Positions 51,336 through 63,539 of a stretch of 64,000 nucleotides of DNA are shown here, in pieces (positions within the stretch are counted from its first letter, which is position 1; every line of letters starts with the position of its first letter). The DNA lies in contig MNCI01000248.1 in assembly GCA_015680685.1 (NCBI GenBank), positions 22,811 through 86,810 of the forward strand, read 5' to 3'. The notes under the pieces were generated by a model that had not been told where the DNA came from, ran no database searches, and saw only the letters and a program-made list of their open reading frames with translations. The stretch is from Gnetum montanum. Taxonomy: Eukaryota; Plantae; Gnetophyta. The position numbers were made by a program, and so were the translations under genes.

Positions 51336-54100
51336 ACACCCTTATAGCTAGAACCTTCAAACTGCAAAAGAAACCTAAAGGTGAACATATATCTTCTAGT
51401 GTTTTATAGTTGTAAGAATTTTATTACTTTTTCTAGTTGTTGAAATTGCTCATATTGATGCTAACCTTTAGTTATCTCTTTGCAAGACCTTCCACCTCAA
51501 CTGATGTCACTATACCACTTTCACATTCATGTAATGAGGATACCCGCATCCTGAAGTTTGGTGATGTGACATCAGCACAAGAGTGGCTAAGGGGGTAGGT
51601 GCTTGTATACATTCAAGTGAACATCTAGCATGTAGGTTTGCTTGATGTGTACATGGCACCTATCCCTTCCATTCTTGCTACGAAGATGCTACATGTCATC
51701 AACTCCTTCGATGAGAAGCTTAGTCATTTTAGCACCAACATCCAAGGTGTTAAGATGAACATGGACATAGGTGTTGGCCTCTTTGGTGACTTGTTTGGTG
51801 TCCTTACTAATGGGGCAAAGGTTCCCACTAGGAGGGCAAGGGAATCAAGCCATCACAAAGAAGTTCTAGAGTGGCTTGGTGCTAGCATGAGGCACTCTAG
51901 AATTTCTATGAATAGCTTCATGAACCTTGATGTAAAGGAATCATATCCTTTATTTAGGTCTTGTGCATTCCCCAAACTACTATTTCAAAAGAAGATAATT
52001 AGCCTAGCATAGGGATGGACCTTTAAGAAGGTCTTAATAGAGGGCATCATATTTGATTAGGCAATTACTTTGGCTATTAAGCTTCGAGAGGAGATCCTTA
52101 GACTCTATGTTAACACCTCTATGATAATCCATATGCACTTTACATTTTTTGCAAGTTATCTACAATGGTTTGTATATTTTCTAGTGATATATAGGAATGG
52201 ACGATGGGTTTCCCAGGTCCCAAGCTAGCTTTCTAGGCCTTGGCTAAAGCACATTTATCTAATAGTGTAGGCCTAGAATCCACCAGAGGGGATGGATGAT
52301 ATGTTATCCATTACCACCAAGAATCTTGATCTTAGGTAGTATGAGTCTCCCAATAGTACTGAGGATGATAATCCCCTCTTGTTTCCTACTAGTGTTCAAG
52401 ATGGTAGATGATAATGCATGGAGCCTAAAGGTGCAACTAGAGAGAAACTCAAAAGGCCTATGGATGGGGCATCCTCAACATCAGATCAGCCTACCCCAAA
52501 GAATCTTAAGTTTAAGCTTAAGCGCTCATAATAGGTAGTAGTAGGTATACTTTATTTAAATTTTTCTATTTCATGTTTTAAAATTTTATGGCTACTTTAT
52601 GATTTCATGTGTTATCCTACTTTCTATGTGCTATGGTTGTACATAAGTGTCAGGTTATAGTATCCCAAGCTACACGAGAGGTCAAACAAAGACATGTAGA
52701 AGAGATGCTCTTAAAGTAACCTATGGTTGAAGGGCTTGCCAATACCTCTCCCATCATCACCAAAGAGTAGAGAGAGGAGGAGGAGCAAGGTATGCCTATG
52801 CCTTAATATTTTTGTTATATCTCATTGGTTATCTTTGGTTATCATCCTAACCTTTTGATGATTATTATGCTTATAGTAGTTTCTACATTACTGGCACAAG
52901 CTCCTATCCATAATTTTCATGTGAAACCATGGGTAGAGACTCTAGACAAAGTGGAGCTCCTATGTGGAATGGCTAAGGACAACATTGATCGATTGCATCA
53001 GGTCACACCTGAGATAGGTAACGATTTTGTTCTATGTGTCTCAATCATGGGCTTTGCTTGCATTATGGCTATTTTAGGTTTTTTTTTATGGTTGTATTTT
53101 ATGCTTGTGTAGTACCCTCCATGAAATAGGACCCTAACAAAGACATAGAGATAGACTCCTTGCCTAAACTTCCCTATGATGTGTCTAATGTAGTGATGAA
53201 GCTATACGAGATTGCTACTGATTTAGCAATGTCATGCACAAAAGCTTCATGGAAGCTAGAGAAGTCCAATGAATCCCTATGGGAGGAAGTTGTGGCCTTG
53301 GGGGAAATGACTCAAAGGTAGGAGGATATGATTAGAGATCTCTAAGACTGTAAGGCCTTTGTGGAAGCTCAAGTAGCTAACTCAAGGGAATTACAAACTA
53401 AGGAGATCACATGGGCTTGCTATTGGCATGTTGTTTAGGATAAATTAGTGGTCCTATGAGAGATGGTAGAAAAATGTATGCAAATTTACCTCATCTTCCA
53501 AAATGTTATAGACTAGAAGGATCAATACACTTGGGTCCTAGAGTGGGGCAAGACAGAAAAGGCCCACAAGCATTAATACAAAGCCAATCATGGAGCCTAC
53601 CTAAAGGGGCTTAAGGAGGAGTCGATTGAAAAGTGCAAGAGAGACTTATTAATTTAAGGGATCTAGGTAGAGAGTTCTTCAATTTTTTGAAAATAATCTA
53701 AAGGTGGAGCAATGCCCTACTCTTTAGATCACAATGGTTGGAGGTGAGACCTCTACAATTGCTACTACTCATGAGCCTTCTACTTGGACTTCTATAGATA
53801 GGCCAACATTCTTTTTGACATTTATCTTGGGTATGTTGATTGGGTCAACATGAAAGAGGACCAAATCCTCCATTTTTTGGAGGAAGACCTTCCCCATCTA
53901 CCCTCAAAATTAATGGAACTGAAATCTCCCTAGGTTTGATATATTTTATGTTTTAGTCTTTGTTTCTTAGGTCATGATTTTGGATATGGGATACTAACTA
54001 GCTATATGTTGTTTCATTTTACACATCAAGAGACATTGGTGGCCCTAGCGATGATAGTGGGAATGACCCACCACTTCCTCCTCTAGATGCCACTCAATAG
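51336..54100 (+). pseudogene. Antisense accessory gene of element E, 3' part (PMD-like exon, linker, coiled coil)
   Basis: Donor at 51381 and acceptor at 51486. LDVYMAPIPSI..INSFDEKLSHF..LFGV.TNG..EWLG..YPLFRSCAFPKLL aligns with F. FHVKPWVETLDK matches FHLQSWTEILDK, and DWVNMKEDQILHFL matches DWVNLSEDEILQHL. Confidence 0.8.
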
Positions 54101-54729
54101 CCTTCTTCAATTTAGTTTATTTTTGTTTTTATGTTGATGGATATGATTAACCAAGACTATGATATAGATGGTTTTTACTCTTTGACATTTTTGCCACAAA
54201 GTGTGTTCATGGCTATGCATGTTATGGACATTTTAATTTTCAATTTAAATATTTATTTTATTTTGGCTATATGCATTTCTAGTTGTAGTGAATATTGTGA
54301 ATATTGTAAACCTTGAAAATGGCTATCTTGATGTTTTTGATTATAAAATCAAATTGCTAATTGATGCGATAATAGGCTAAGAAAAGAGAGATGTAGTAAT
54401 AAAAGGGATATTTGCTAGTTTTAGACCATTATGGGCACAAGTTATATAGTTTCTCTAGTTTAAGGCCATGGTAGGCCATATTGCTAGTTTAGAGTCTTGG
54501 TGGATTGTAGTGCCAATTTAATGTCTTGGCAGACAAAGTATGAAAGAGACACTTTTTTTATGTTTAAAACATAAGTAAAAATAAAGAAAGGTTATAGATA
54601 AAAATGCAAAAAAACTTAGGCTAGATACATTCAGCTATGTGCATAAAGCATAAAACAACTATAAATGAAAAGTAACGCTAGATGGCTATCTATGCATCTA
54701 GTCATAGAGGCATGGAAATGTTAAGGAAA

Positions 54730-56580
54730 ACTTATGTAGATTCTTCCGAATCTTTGCAAGATTAGGGAGTGAGTAAGGCCTAATCTACACAAGCTTGTAT
54801 TCACCATCCCCTTCACCTACAATGCTAAAGGAAAGTTCATATCATAATATATCCCATTGCCTATTGTTGTCATTGTTGGCTATCTTGGGTTTTTGCTCTT
54901 CATGGCTAGGAACTTCTTCTTGAAGCTCCAATTTAGACCCCTACTCTATGTCTATATTGTTGATAGCTAGGGAAACTGCATTATTACCATGAATGATGAT
55001 TTCACCTCCCTCGTAAGGAAGTTGAATATCTTAATAAATGGAAGAGGATATAGCTTGTAACTGAGCCAACCAAGGTGTCTTGATGATCAAGTTCAATCTT
55101 GGTGTGTCTTTCACCACCAAGAAGTTTGTGGTTGTAGGGAATTGTTCTCTAGCTATAAAATCCAACAAGATATACCCCTTGATGGAAAATCTTGATTCAT
55201 TAAAGGACTTAAGAATTGTAGTGATTGTAGGTTGTACTTGCTCAGCTAAGCCCAAACATTCAATGATGGTACATGGGATGATGTTGGTTGTAGCTCCATA
55301 ATCAGCATGCACTTGATGTATTTAAATTGTTCTATGTGTGTGGTTATGAATAAAGAGGTTGTAGTAACTTTTCCATTTTTTGGATTAACCTTATTTTGCT
55401 ATTGTAAAATGTTAATGGTGTTAACTTCTCCTCCTCTAGTGAGGGAGGAATCCTTACTGCATGTATGGCTTCCTCATTAGCAAGAATACCCTCACTAACA
55501 AGTATGGAGGTCAACATTTTGACTAGCACCTCACAATGTGTGGTAGAATTCATGATCAGGTCATATAATCTTAGGGCTATGTTTTTTTCATTTGTCATGG
55601 GCTTGTCACCCTATTTATACTTTACTTCCCCCATGTATCCCAAAATGCAGACTTTGGCTTTAGGATTTGGCTATTGTCACTCTTTCTTGTTGTCTTGGTT
55701 ATGGGCTTTGGTGTTCACCTATGACCTATTGGTCGAAGAGGTTGGGGTAGAGGAGGCCATAGGTATAGCCAAAATGGGGGTGGGCTTTGATGGGACTACT
55801 TCTTTTCATGCCTACATCTACTTATCTCCCATATTGTTAGTCCTTTGCATATGCTTCTTCCTTTGGTTGGGTGTAGTTTTCTTATTACCAGTCATTAGCT
55901 GTAAGGAAGAGGCAATAGCATTATCCACCATAGGAGGTCATTGTGTAACTAGTTGATCTATGGTTATTTTGGTTGTATTGGGTTGGGAGACATTGATGAA
56001 AAAAGGTTTTCTTAGAGACACTCATGATGGTACTTTCATAATGAAGGAAGATCTTGAGCTATGGAAAATCGAAGAAGCTCTTTCATTGTAGAGGGATACT
56101 TGAATGAAAAATGGTTCTCCTATAGGTCTACAATTATCATTAATGTTGAACACTAAAATAACATAGGGGCTATCATTAGCATTCAATGAGTCTTTGCAGA
56201 CATGCATCAACTAGGTTTGTGACTTAACTAGATTAGAAGCATTTAAGATCAGTTCCACCTCCACCCCACCCCCNCCTTTCCTATGTATCATTCTTTGTAG
56301 CTCATTCTTTATTGTAAGGTAGAAGTTTGTATCATGACTAAGAATTTGATGATAATGCGCAAAGTAGTCTAGCTTAAATTATCTAGGCAACTGGGGATCA
56401 TCCTTCATTGCTTGAGTGGGATATTTGGCTATTTCACACAATCACTCATGTTTCTTTCAAGTGGCTTCGATAATTTATTTATGTTGCATGCAACCACTTC
56501 TTAATAGTTGGTCTAGTACCTTAGATGGTTTTAAAGATAATGTAGTGTATTTAAACCTATCCTTCTTTTCAAAGGTTTGC
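54730..56580 (-). pseudogene. C-terminal gag and protease remnant of element E (gag N-terminus missing)
   Basis: AHYHQILSHDTNFY..IKNELQRMI knuckle region; VHADYGATTNIIP..FLVVKDTPRLNLIIKTPWL. Confidence 0.85.
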
Positions 56581-57158
56581 AAAAATACCCAAATACACTA
56601 CCTTATCCTTCAAAGATTAGTATATATTCTTCAAAGGTTGAAGGTAATGTAGTGTATTTAAACCTATTCTTCAAAGGATTTGGTTGCAAAAATCAAGAAA
56701 AGGCTTGCAAAAATGGCAATAAGAAGAATAGATTTGGTCACAAAATTTAGGTGAAGGCCCTCCTAGGACCAAGAAAAACTATTGCAACCAAAAACCTTGA
56801 TCATTGGAGAAAAACCAATGATCCTCAGTGTAGTAATTCCCCAACCCTGAATCCCTAGGGCCTCCATAAGAGAAATGGAATTTAAGATGCCCTAGTCGGT
56901 CCAATAGATCAACCAGGGACTTATGAGATGTGCAATGTGGAAATACAAATAAATCCAAATAATGCATAGAAAATAAATTTATTTTTGAACATGAAACTCA
57001 AAACTTAAAACTTTAGTAAGAAAAGAATAAATAATAAGTTAGAGAAATGTGTGAAAATGGTGCCTAGATGAGAAAAAAAATGGAGGCTCACTCATGTAGG
57101 AGTTCAAAGCCCATTGAAGCTAATGTGATCTGCTCCATGATTTGGGGGCTAAGCCACT

Positions 57159-58161
57159 CGTGATGCTATCAAAGTTTCCTTCACTATTGTAGCCTTAGAT
57201 ATGCAATTTGGATCACTCAAGGCTATAATGCTTCCCTCTTGGGTTCAAGAGAATGCACATATGGGAACATGCAAGAGCTCTTGAGTGTTTGAAAATGCCC
57301 TAAGTGTGGAATTGTGAAAATTTGTGTGTATGAAAATTACTTGATAATGCTGCCCTTACTAAAAATTTTGGAATTGCCAAAGTGCTTGTATGCCAAAAGT
57401 TGTTCAACCATGAGAAAAATTGTTGGAATCCTTCAATGATGTTTCAAGTTAGCTTTTATAAGATCTTTGGGTCATGAATGGGGTTGCAAATTTTCTATGA
57501 TTTGGTTGCAAATTTTCTATGATTTGGTTACAAATTTAGGTGAGATGGGTGTCCAATTTGTGGGATTACTATACATAGTAAGTGCTTCCCCCATGGCCAT
57601 TCTGTGTACTATAAATAGTAACCATGGCATATCTTTCATGCTTGAGATGAATCTTTCACACTAAGCTCTCCATCATGCTTGTTGAAGTAGCTAGTAAATG
57701 TTGAATTTTTGCTTTTTGTGGCTTCCACACTAGGGAATTGAATTTTCCACCCTAGGGATGAAGACTCCATGTTGAGGGGAAACTTTCATAGTAGGGGGGA
57801 AAGGTTTCAAGGCTAGGGGAAAACTTCCACATTAAGGGGAAAAAGTTTCCAAGTTGTGTATGTGGTCTCCACATTGAAGGGGAAAAGTTTCCAAAATCCC
57901 CACCCTTCCACACTGTAGGTAGGTGAGATCTACCCCCTTGCATGTGTTTCTAGCATAGAAAAATATATGGCCCTCATAAGACCCATCAAATTGCATTATG
58001 TAACTTTTTGCACTTGGGGAATAAGGCTTTGACCACTTAAGGCATTTTTCTATTATGGATTACAATCTTCACATTCACAATGACGTTTTTCCTTAGGTTT
58101 CATGGGGTGAAAGCTACATGCTGAAGAATGGTCATAACATGCAAACTTTTGTGGTGTTTCA
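57159..58161 (-). repeat. LTR of the E family (putative 5' LTR of element E)
   Basis: Colinear with 23619-24693 and ends GTGTTTCA. Confidence 0.85.
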
Positions 58162-58189
58162 CTGACCTCTTGGCTTTTTTAAAATGTAA

Positions 58190-58322
58190 ATACATACACA
58201 CACACATACATACATACATACATATATATATATATTAAAATAAAACTAACAAGGGAGTGGACTTGGGTTTGAACCCATGACCTCCCATTTCAAATTATTA
58301 TTATTATTATTATTATTATTTA
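58190..58322. repeat. Compound microsatellites (CA)n/(TACA)n/(TA)n and (ATT)n flanking a B-box-like fragment
   Basis: Seen directly. The minus strand reads GGTTCAAACCC at ~58266-58276. Confidence 0.8.
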
Positions 58323-59087
58323 AGATAAAAACATTTTTGGGGTTGAGGTCAAACCCATGACATCCTGCATCTCAGAAACTTTTTTTTTGAAAATAATAAT
58401 TTAATAGTGTAATAGTATTTAATGAACACCTAATGAGAAACTTTTAAACAATGATATCTCTCAAACGGTAAGTATGATCAAGACGAAATTTGTACCATTG
58501 GAATCATCTCAATGATTACTACACATTGGATATAGTCTTAGGCTTTAAAAATAAAGTTGACTTTTTTAGAAATAAAAAATATCCAAATAGCCTATTTTTT
58601 TGAATTGACATTTCTAGGTTGAAATATGGTAATTTGAGATCTTCTAGATTACTTAAATAATGGGCTTTAACAAAACAAGATTAATTATGCTCATGGTTAC
58701 TAACTTTTTTCGAAAGAAATTTAATAATGATCTTAATCAATTAATAATTATATTATTATGATGGGCAATAGTTACTAGGACCGATGTATCATTGTCTTAC
58801 CAACATCTCTTGTAATTAATAAATCTTGATTAGGCATGATCAGATCTTCATCGATTATTAATATCCATGAAAGAATTTTGTTGATTGCTGGGATCTAGAT
58901 ACTTGATATATTGTTCATGAAATTAATGAAAATGTATCTTTTAACTTACATCATAAATATATGGTACATCTGGTGATGATTAATGGCTTTCTCTATGTTG
59001 TTTTTTCAACGTTCATCATTAGGTTCATGTTGTAGTCAGTCCATGGTTCTGAATGGCCCTTGGGTCATGGTCTATTTCAATATCAGT

Positions 59088-59630
59088 TGTGACATCCCAT
59101 CCCTAGATGTCATGGAAAATGTTGTGTATGAAGAAAATATATCAAATGCAAAATATATGTGATATTCGACATTATGTATAAAGAAAATAATAGGAAAAAT
59201 GAAAAAAGATAAAAAAAAACATAATGCTTTATTAATATGGAATAGCATTTTTGGATCATGTTATTCCTTGGGGTTTTCTTCCTTTGGCATCTATCCCTTA
59301 GAGGCAATCCACCACTTCCAGCATGGTTAGGCCTATTACCAGCCACAAGAATTGGCCAATCCACTTCTTGTCCTACTTCACCTAGCTCTCATGACTTGCA
59401 TGTATTGGCTTCACCACTCCATGCTAACACAACCTCCAACCTCAAGTATAAATGCCTTAGGTCAAATGTCCAATGATTACCTAAAGAGACATGTCGGTTA
59501 TTACAACATGCCCTTTTGGGTCTTAATTACAACTACCCTTTCAAGTCTTGTTATGATAACAATAACGCTTGTTATGAAGAGACATCATCTTTGTTATGCA
59601 ACAACATCATTTGGGAATGGGGACATGACA
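59088..59630. mobile_element. Probable solo LTR (~540 bp, Ty3-type termini)
   Basis: TGTGACATCCC..GGGGACATGACA imperfect inverted termini with no coding remnants. The TSD is not clean. Confidence 0.55.
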
Positions 59631-59999
59631 TTAAGTGTTTTGTAATAGCAAAAAGCTATGAAAGCTATTAAGGATGGCTTTTATCCTTAGGTTATTTTTT
59701 TCCAAAATAAAGAAAAGTTCTATCCATAGGTTTTTTCTCTCATATTGATGTTTTCACATGGTAGAAATGTTTTTGTTTTTCTTATTTTCATTGTTGTTTC
59801 TATTTTGAAATTTAATTAATTTCAAAATAATACGTTGATATTGGTGCCAAGAATTAGCACTAAAGGCTGAGGCAAGGACAAGTGATTTTTATTTATTTAT
59901 TTATTTTTTATTGAAATAGTACTAAAATTCTCTTGTCCTCCTTTAAATTTAAGCTAGATGTGATGGCTACTAGAAACAAACAATATCATTATAAATAAC

Positions 60000-60620
60000 A
60001 TGATAGGAAAACGATAGATATCAATATATTACATGTATTATACACGTCACAAAGTGAGATGTACAAGTGGCTACTCACGTTGTCACACATTATTAGGTTG
60101 GACATCCAATGGAAAGGGAAATTAAAAATTCTTGAAATTTTTTTATTATCTAGGGTGAGACAAGTCCCAAAGCCAAGTTATTCTTGATAGTGGAGATGCT
60201 GAACGATAAAAAGAAAAAATTGGAAGTAGCAATGCTTAGGACATGAGTGGAAGGATTGGAAACAAAAAGATTTTAATTATGTCCACATAGTTAAACTAGA
60301 TATACAACTTCACCCACATTTTAACTATTACCATCAAAATCCTTATTGGATCGTATTAGTTGATAGAAGATTAAAATAGTTTAAAGATGCAATCATTACA
60401 TAAGCTAAAGAAAGGCTAGAATGAGATGCCTTAGTAGTAATGCTACCTAACTTTACGTTCTCACTTAGAGATAGAAATTTATATAGGCTTTAATGTTAAT
60501 AGTTTACGTTCCTCTTGATATGGCATATAGAAGTATATGTGCAATAATTGGAACAAGGTTATGCTTTAAGATGTTCTCAATAACTAGTATTATAGCCTTA
60601 CTTCCCTTCAGACAATAGTT
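60000..60620 (+). pseudogene. 30K-superfamily viral movement protein remnant
   Basis: DFNYVHIVKLDIQLHP..WIVLVDRRLK*FKDAII..PNFTFSLRDRNL (60269-60480) matches the caulimovirid MP core. Confidence 0.85.
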
Positions 60621-61699
60621 ACTTTTGGTAGGATCTTCTAATATAGAATATGATACAAAGATAAATAATGAGGAATTTTCCCCAAATTGATGATACATTA
60701 CAAGAATTCTATAATCTTGTTCCATCAAGCCAATCAATGAGTTATAGCAAAAAAACTCTACAAAGTAAAACTAAAAAACTGCTAGCTTTACAGAAAGTGA
60801 TCCCTTTGCCATAGAAGATGTCCTTGAGCAAAGCTTTAGTAGAAACATATTGCCTAAACCACTTGTTGCTCTCTTCCCAAGCTAATGATCATTTAGGATC
60901 ATTGAACCAAAACAAAGCCCTGATGAACAAAATGAAAAAAGAATTCAAATCTTATTCATAGAAATAGGAATAACTATTGATGCCAAGAAAATACTCACAA
61001 GAGAAAGTTCAACAAAAATAGAAGAAGTTGAGTCAAATCTCGAAGGAACAATTGATCCATCTTCTAAACATCCTTTTGCCACTAAGTATGAATCTTTCTA
61101 TTATTGTATAGTGCAATTCTTTACTCAAGATCAACACAAATATAACAACAAAAAGTTTAGTTGATAAATCTAACAAATAGTTCATCTCATAAATTAACTC
61201 AGCTAAATAAGAAAAGCTAGTAGAAAGACTCCACCTCATGTACCAAAAACATTCAGTAGATCCACCTATGGATACCATAAAACTATAGAATTTAGCTAAT
61301 GCTCACATTAGTTCTAACCTATATAATATGAATAAATGCTTTACAAATATCAAGAAATCCCAATGAGACATTAAAGGCTTAAGTCTAATAGTATAAAAAT
61401 GGGTATCAAAACAAAGATAGCATAGTCCTACTAGTCCTACAACTACATCAATATGAGCATATGGAATGAGCATAGACTCTCCACCTAGATATAACTCCAA
61501 TCATAAGATTAATTAGAATAAACATAGACAACCAATGAACATAAGGGTAAAGATAATATGCTTAATGCCAATGAAGAATCCTCATGAGTAATGGAACATG
61601 ACCACAAAGAAGAATAAGAAGAACACCAAATAGTAGCTCCAAAAGATCCTAAGTATTGCATAGATGATTTAGATCTTTTATAAAGGCAAAAACTGATTA

Positions 61700-62480
61700 A
61701 TAGGATTAATGCCATCATATATCGACAAGTTAATTTGGAGAGAAAAATGACCAAAACATGCTATGAAAAATTGTCTTCAACTTCATAGGGAATTTATGTA
61801 GATGGTAAAACTAGATATCTATTGATATTAGGAATTAATACTTAGATGGACCTCCAATACAATTTCTTAGCACTATAACTAAAAGAATTTATTAGGAATA
61901 TAACTAGTTATGATGATGAATTCTGAGAAAAATTCCTACAAGAAACACTAAAAGATATTAAAGACTTTGATCTATACACGAAGAAAATGTAAAATTGGTA
62001 TTATAGAAGAAAATTAGCCCATGATAGGACTACAAAGAAAAGATTAGTAGGCTCTTTCCCTCTTGAATTCACTGAAAAATATAAACATGAATTAGATTTA
62101 GTAGGTAAAACAGTTGAAGCCATACTAAACAATTTTTAGAACATACAAATGTTATAATATGTCAAAATATGTAAGCATAGGAAAAATGGAAAAAACTTAG
62201 TGAAAATGAGGACATTGTTTTTATTATGACATATGCCCTAAAAACTATGGCTTCAGGCCACCAACAAAGGATAGGTCTCATTCTAAACATCACTATAAAT
62301 GTATCTATTTCCAAAACTATCACAATTGGAAGCCAAAATTATATAAACCCAATTCTAATAAAGTATTCCATTGTATGTTTAAATGTTGAAAAAACATACC
62401 TCAATAAGAACATCCACTATTTTCTCTATTAGGAAAATCACTATGCTCATGACTATCCCAAGAAACAAAAGCATCCATGT
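61700..62480 (+). pseudogene. Caulimovirid coat protein remnant with degenerate zinc knuckle
   Basis: HYFLY*ENHYAHDYPKK (~62415-62465) is consistent with a decayed CxxC..HYAxxCP knuckle and follows a basic region. Boundaries are approximate. Confidence 0.6.
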
Positions 62481-62978
62481 AAGATAAATTTCATAGAAGA
62501 ATATAATTTATTGAAAAAAATATTATGATTTTGTTATCAATGAAAATGTAGCATTTGAACATCGGATCCCATAGACCCAATCAAAAGAGATCCTATGTAC
62601 CAAATGATAAAGTTAGAGCTATCAACATGACAAAAAGAAAAGGAAAAGTTACCCATCTTTGAAACCAACAAAATCATGACCTTGAATAGATGAATAGAGG
62701 AGAAAGAGGCATAACTTGTTGACCAACAAAAGATGGTTCAAGTTCTAAGATTTCAAGCTTCTACAAAAAGACCAAAAGAATGAGAAGAATCTAGAGAATT
62801 CCATCAAGAGAATACACTAACTATATTCCAACCCCCAAACTTGAATAAATATTTATTACAAATACAAAAAATCCAATAGTTAAAGAGATTCATCCAAATG
62901 GAAACAATAGAATTAGAAGATCTAGAGAGTATAGAAGAAAGCTACCAATAAGAGCAATAGCAAAAGAAAACCCAAGCT

Positions 62979-63380
62979 ATGTCAATACTAATCGTAAGTA
63001 TAAATGCTAGGCATAAAACTAGTTTACCTATATTTACTTTGTTTATTAAGATTGAGAATTATAATATGTATCCTATAGATGAATTAATAGATTTAGGTGC
63101 TAAAGTCTCATTAGCAAAATGGCACATAATTCCCTCAAGCCTTTGGGAAGAATCCCCAAAGGCATACATTAGGTTTAATACACAAAAGATAGCAAGCAAC
63201 CAAAAGGCTACCATCCCTATCAAACATAATAGCAACATAACCTACATCACAATAATCCTCTGTGAAATCTAAAGTTATGAGCTACTTATAGGAATTGATA
63301 ATTTATAAGTTTTAGGAACATACACTATTGTTCCAACCTTCATTGAAATTAGTGGTATAAGACTGCAATGATAACACTAG
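62979..63380 (+). pseudogene. Caulimovirid aspartic protease remnant
   Basis: LIDLGAKVS..IIPSSLWEE..LLIGIDNL. Confidence 0.8.
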
Positions 63381-63539
63381 TACAACAATAGGTTTTCTGA
63401 AAAATAGACACTGCATAAGGAACCTAATACATAATGGGTAGTAAATAGTGTCAAAAAATTAGAAGATAAATTTAGTACTATAAATGATGAATTACTAAAA
63501 TTAGTAAGTGATTATCCAATAGCCTTCAGGCATGAATAG

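Larger units (their letters stand above)
23619..58161 (-). mobile_element. Element E: giant Ogre/Tat-like LTR retrotransposon (~17.8 kb without nested F): LTR-gag/pro-[antisense gene]-RT/RH/aRH/INT-PPT-LTR
   Basis: Direct ~1 kb repeats at 23619-24693 and 57159-58161 (roughly 80-85% identical by eye) and a PPT at 24694. The antisense gene's exon order continues across the F insertion. The TSD is weak (ttcac/ctgac) and no clear PBS is seen, so pairing of the two LTRs is partly inferred. Confidence 0.7.

Noticed and set aside
54730-54745. ac|ataagt as a decayed GTAAGT donor joining protease to RT
   Set aside because: The CAT is a His codon conserved in A, E and F, and the phase would not match the acceptor at 28431.
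58250-58370. tRNA gene
   Set aside because: Only B-box-like fragments are present (two degenerate copies), with no cloverleaf. They are probably part of a SINE or DNA transposon remnant, as is the 58420-58780 stretch, which could not be classified.
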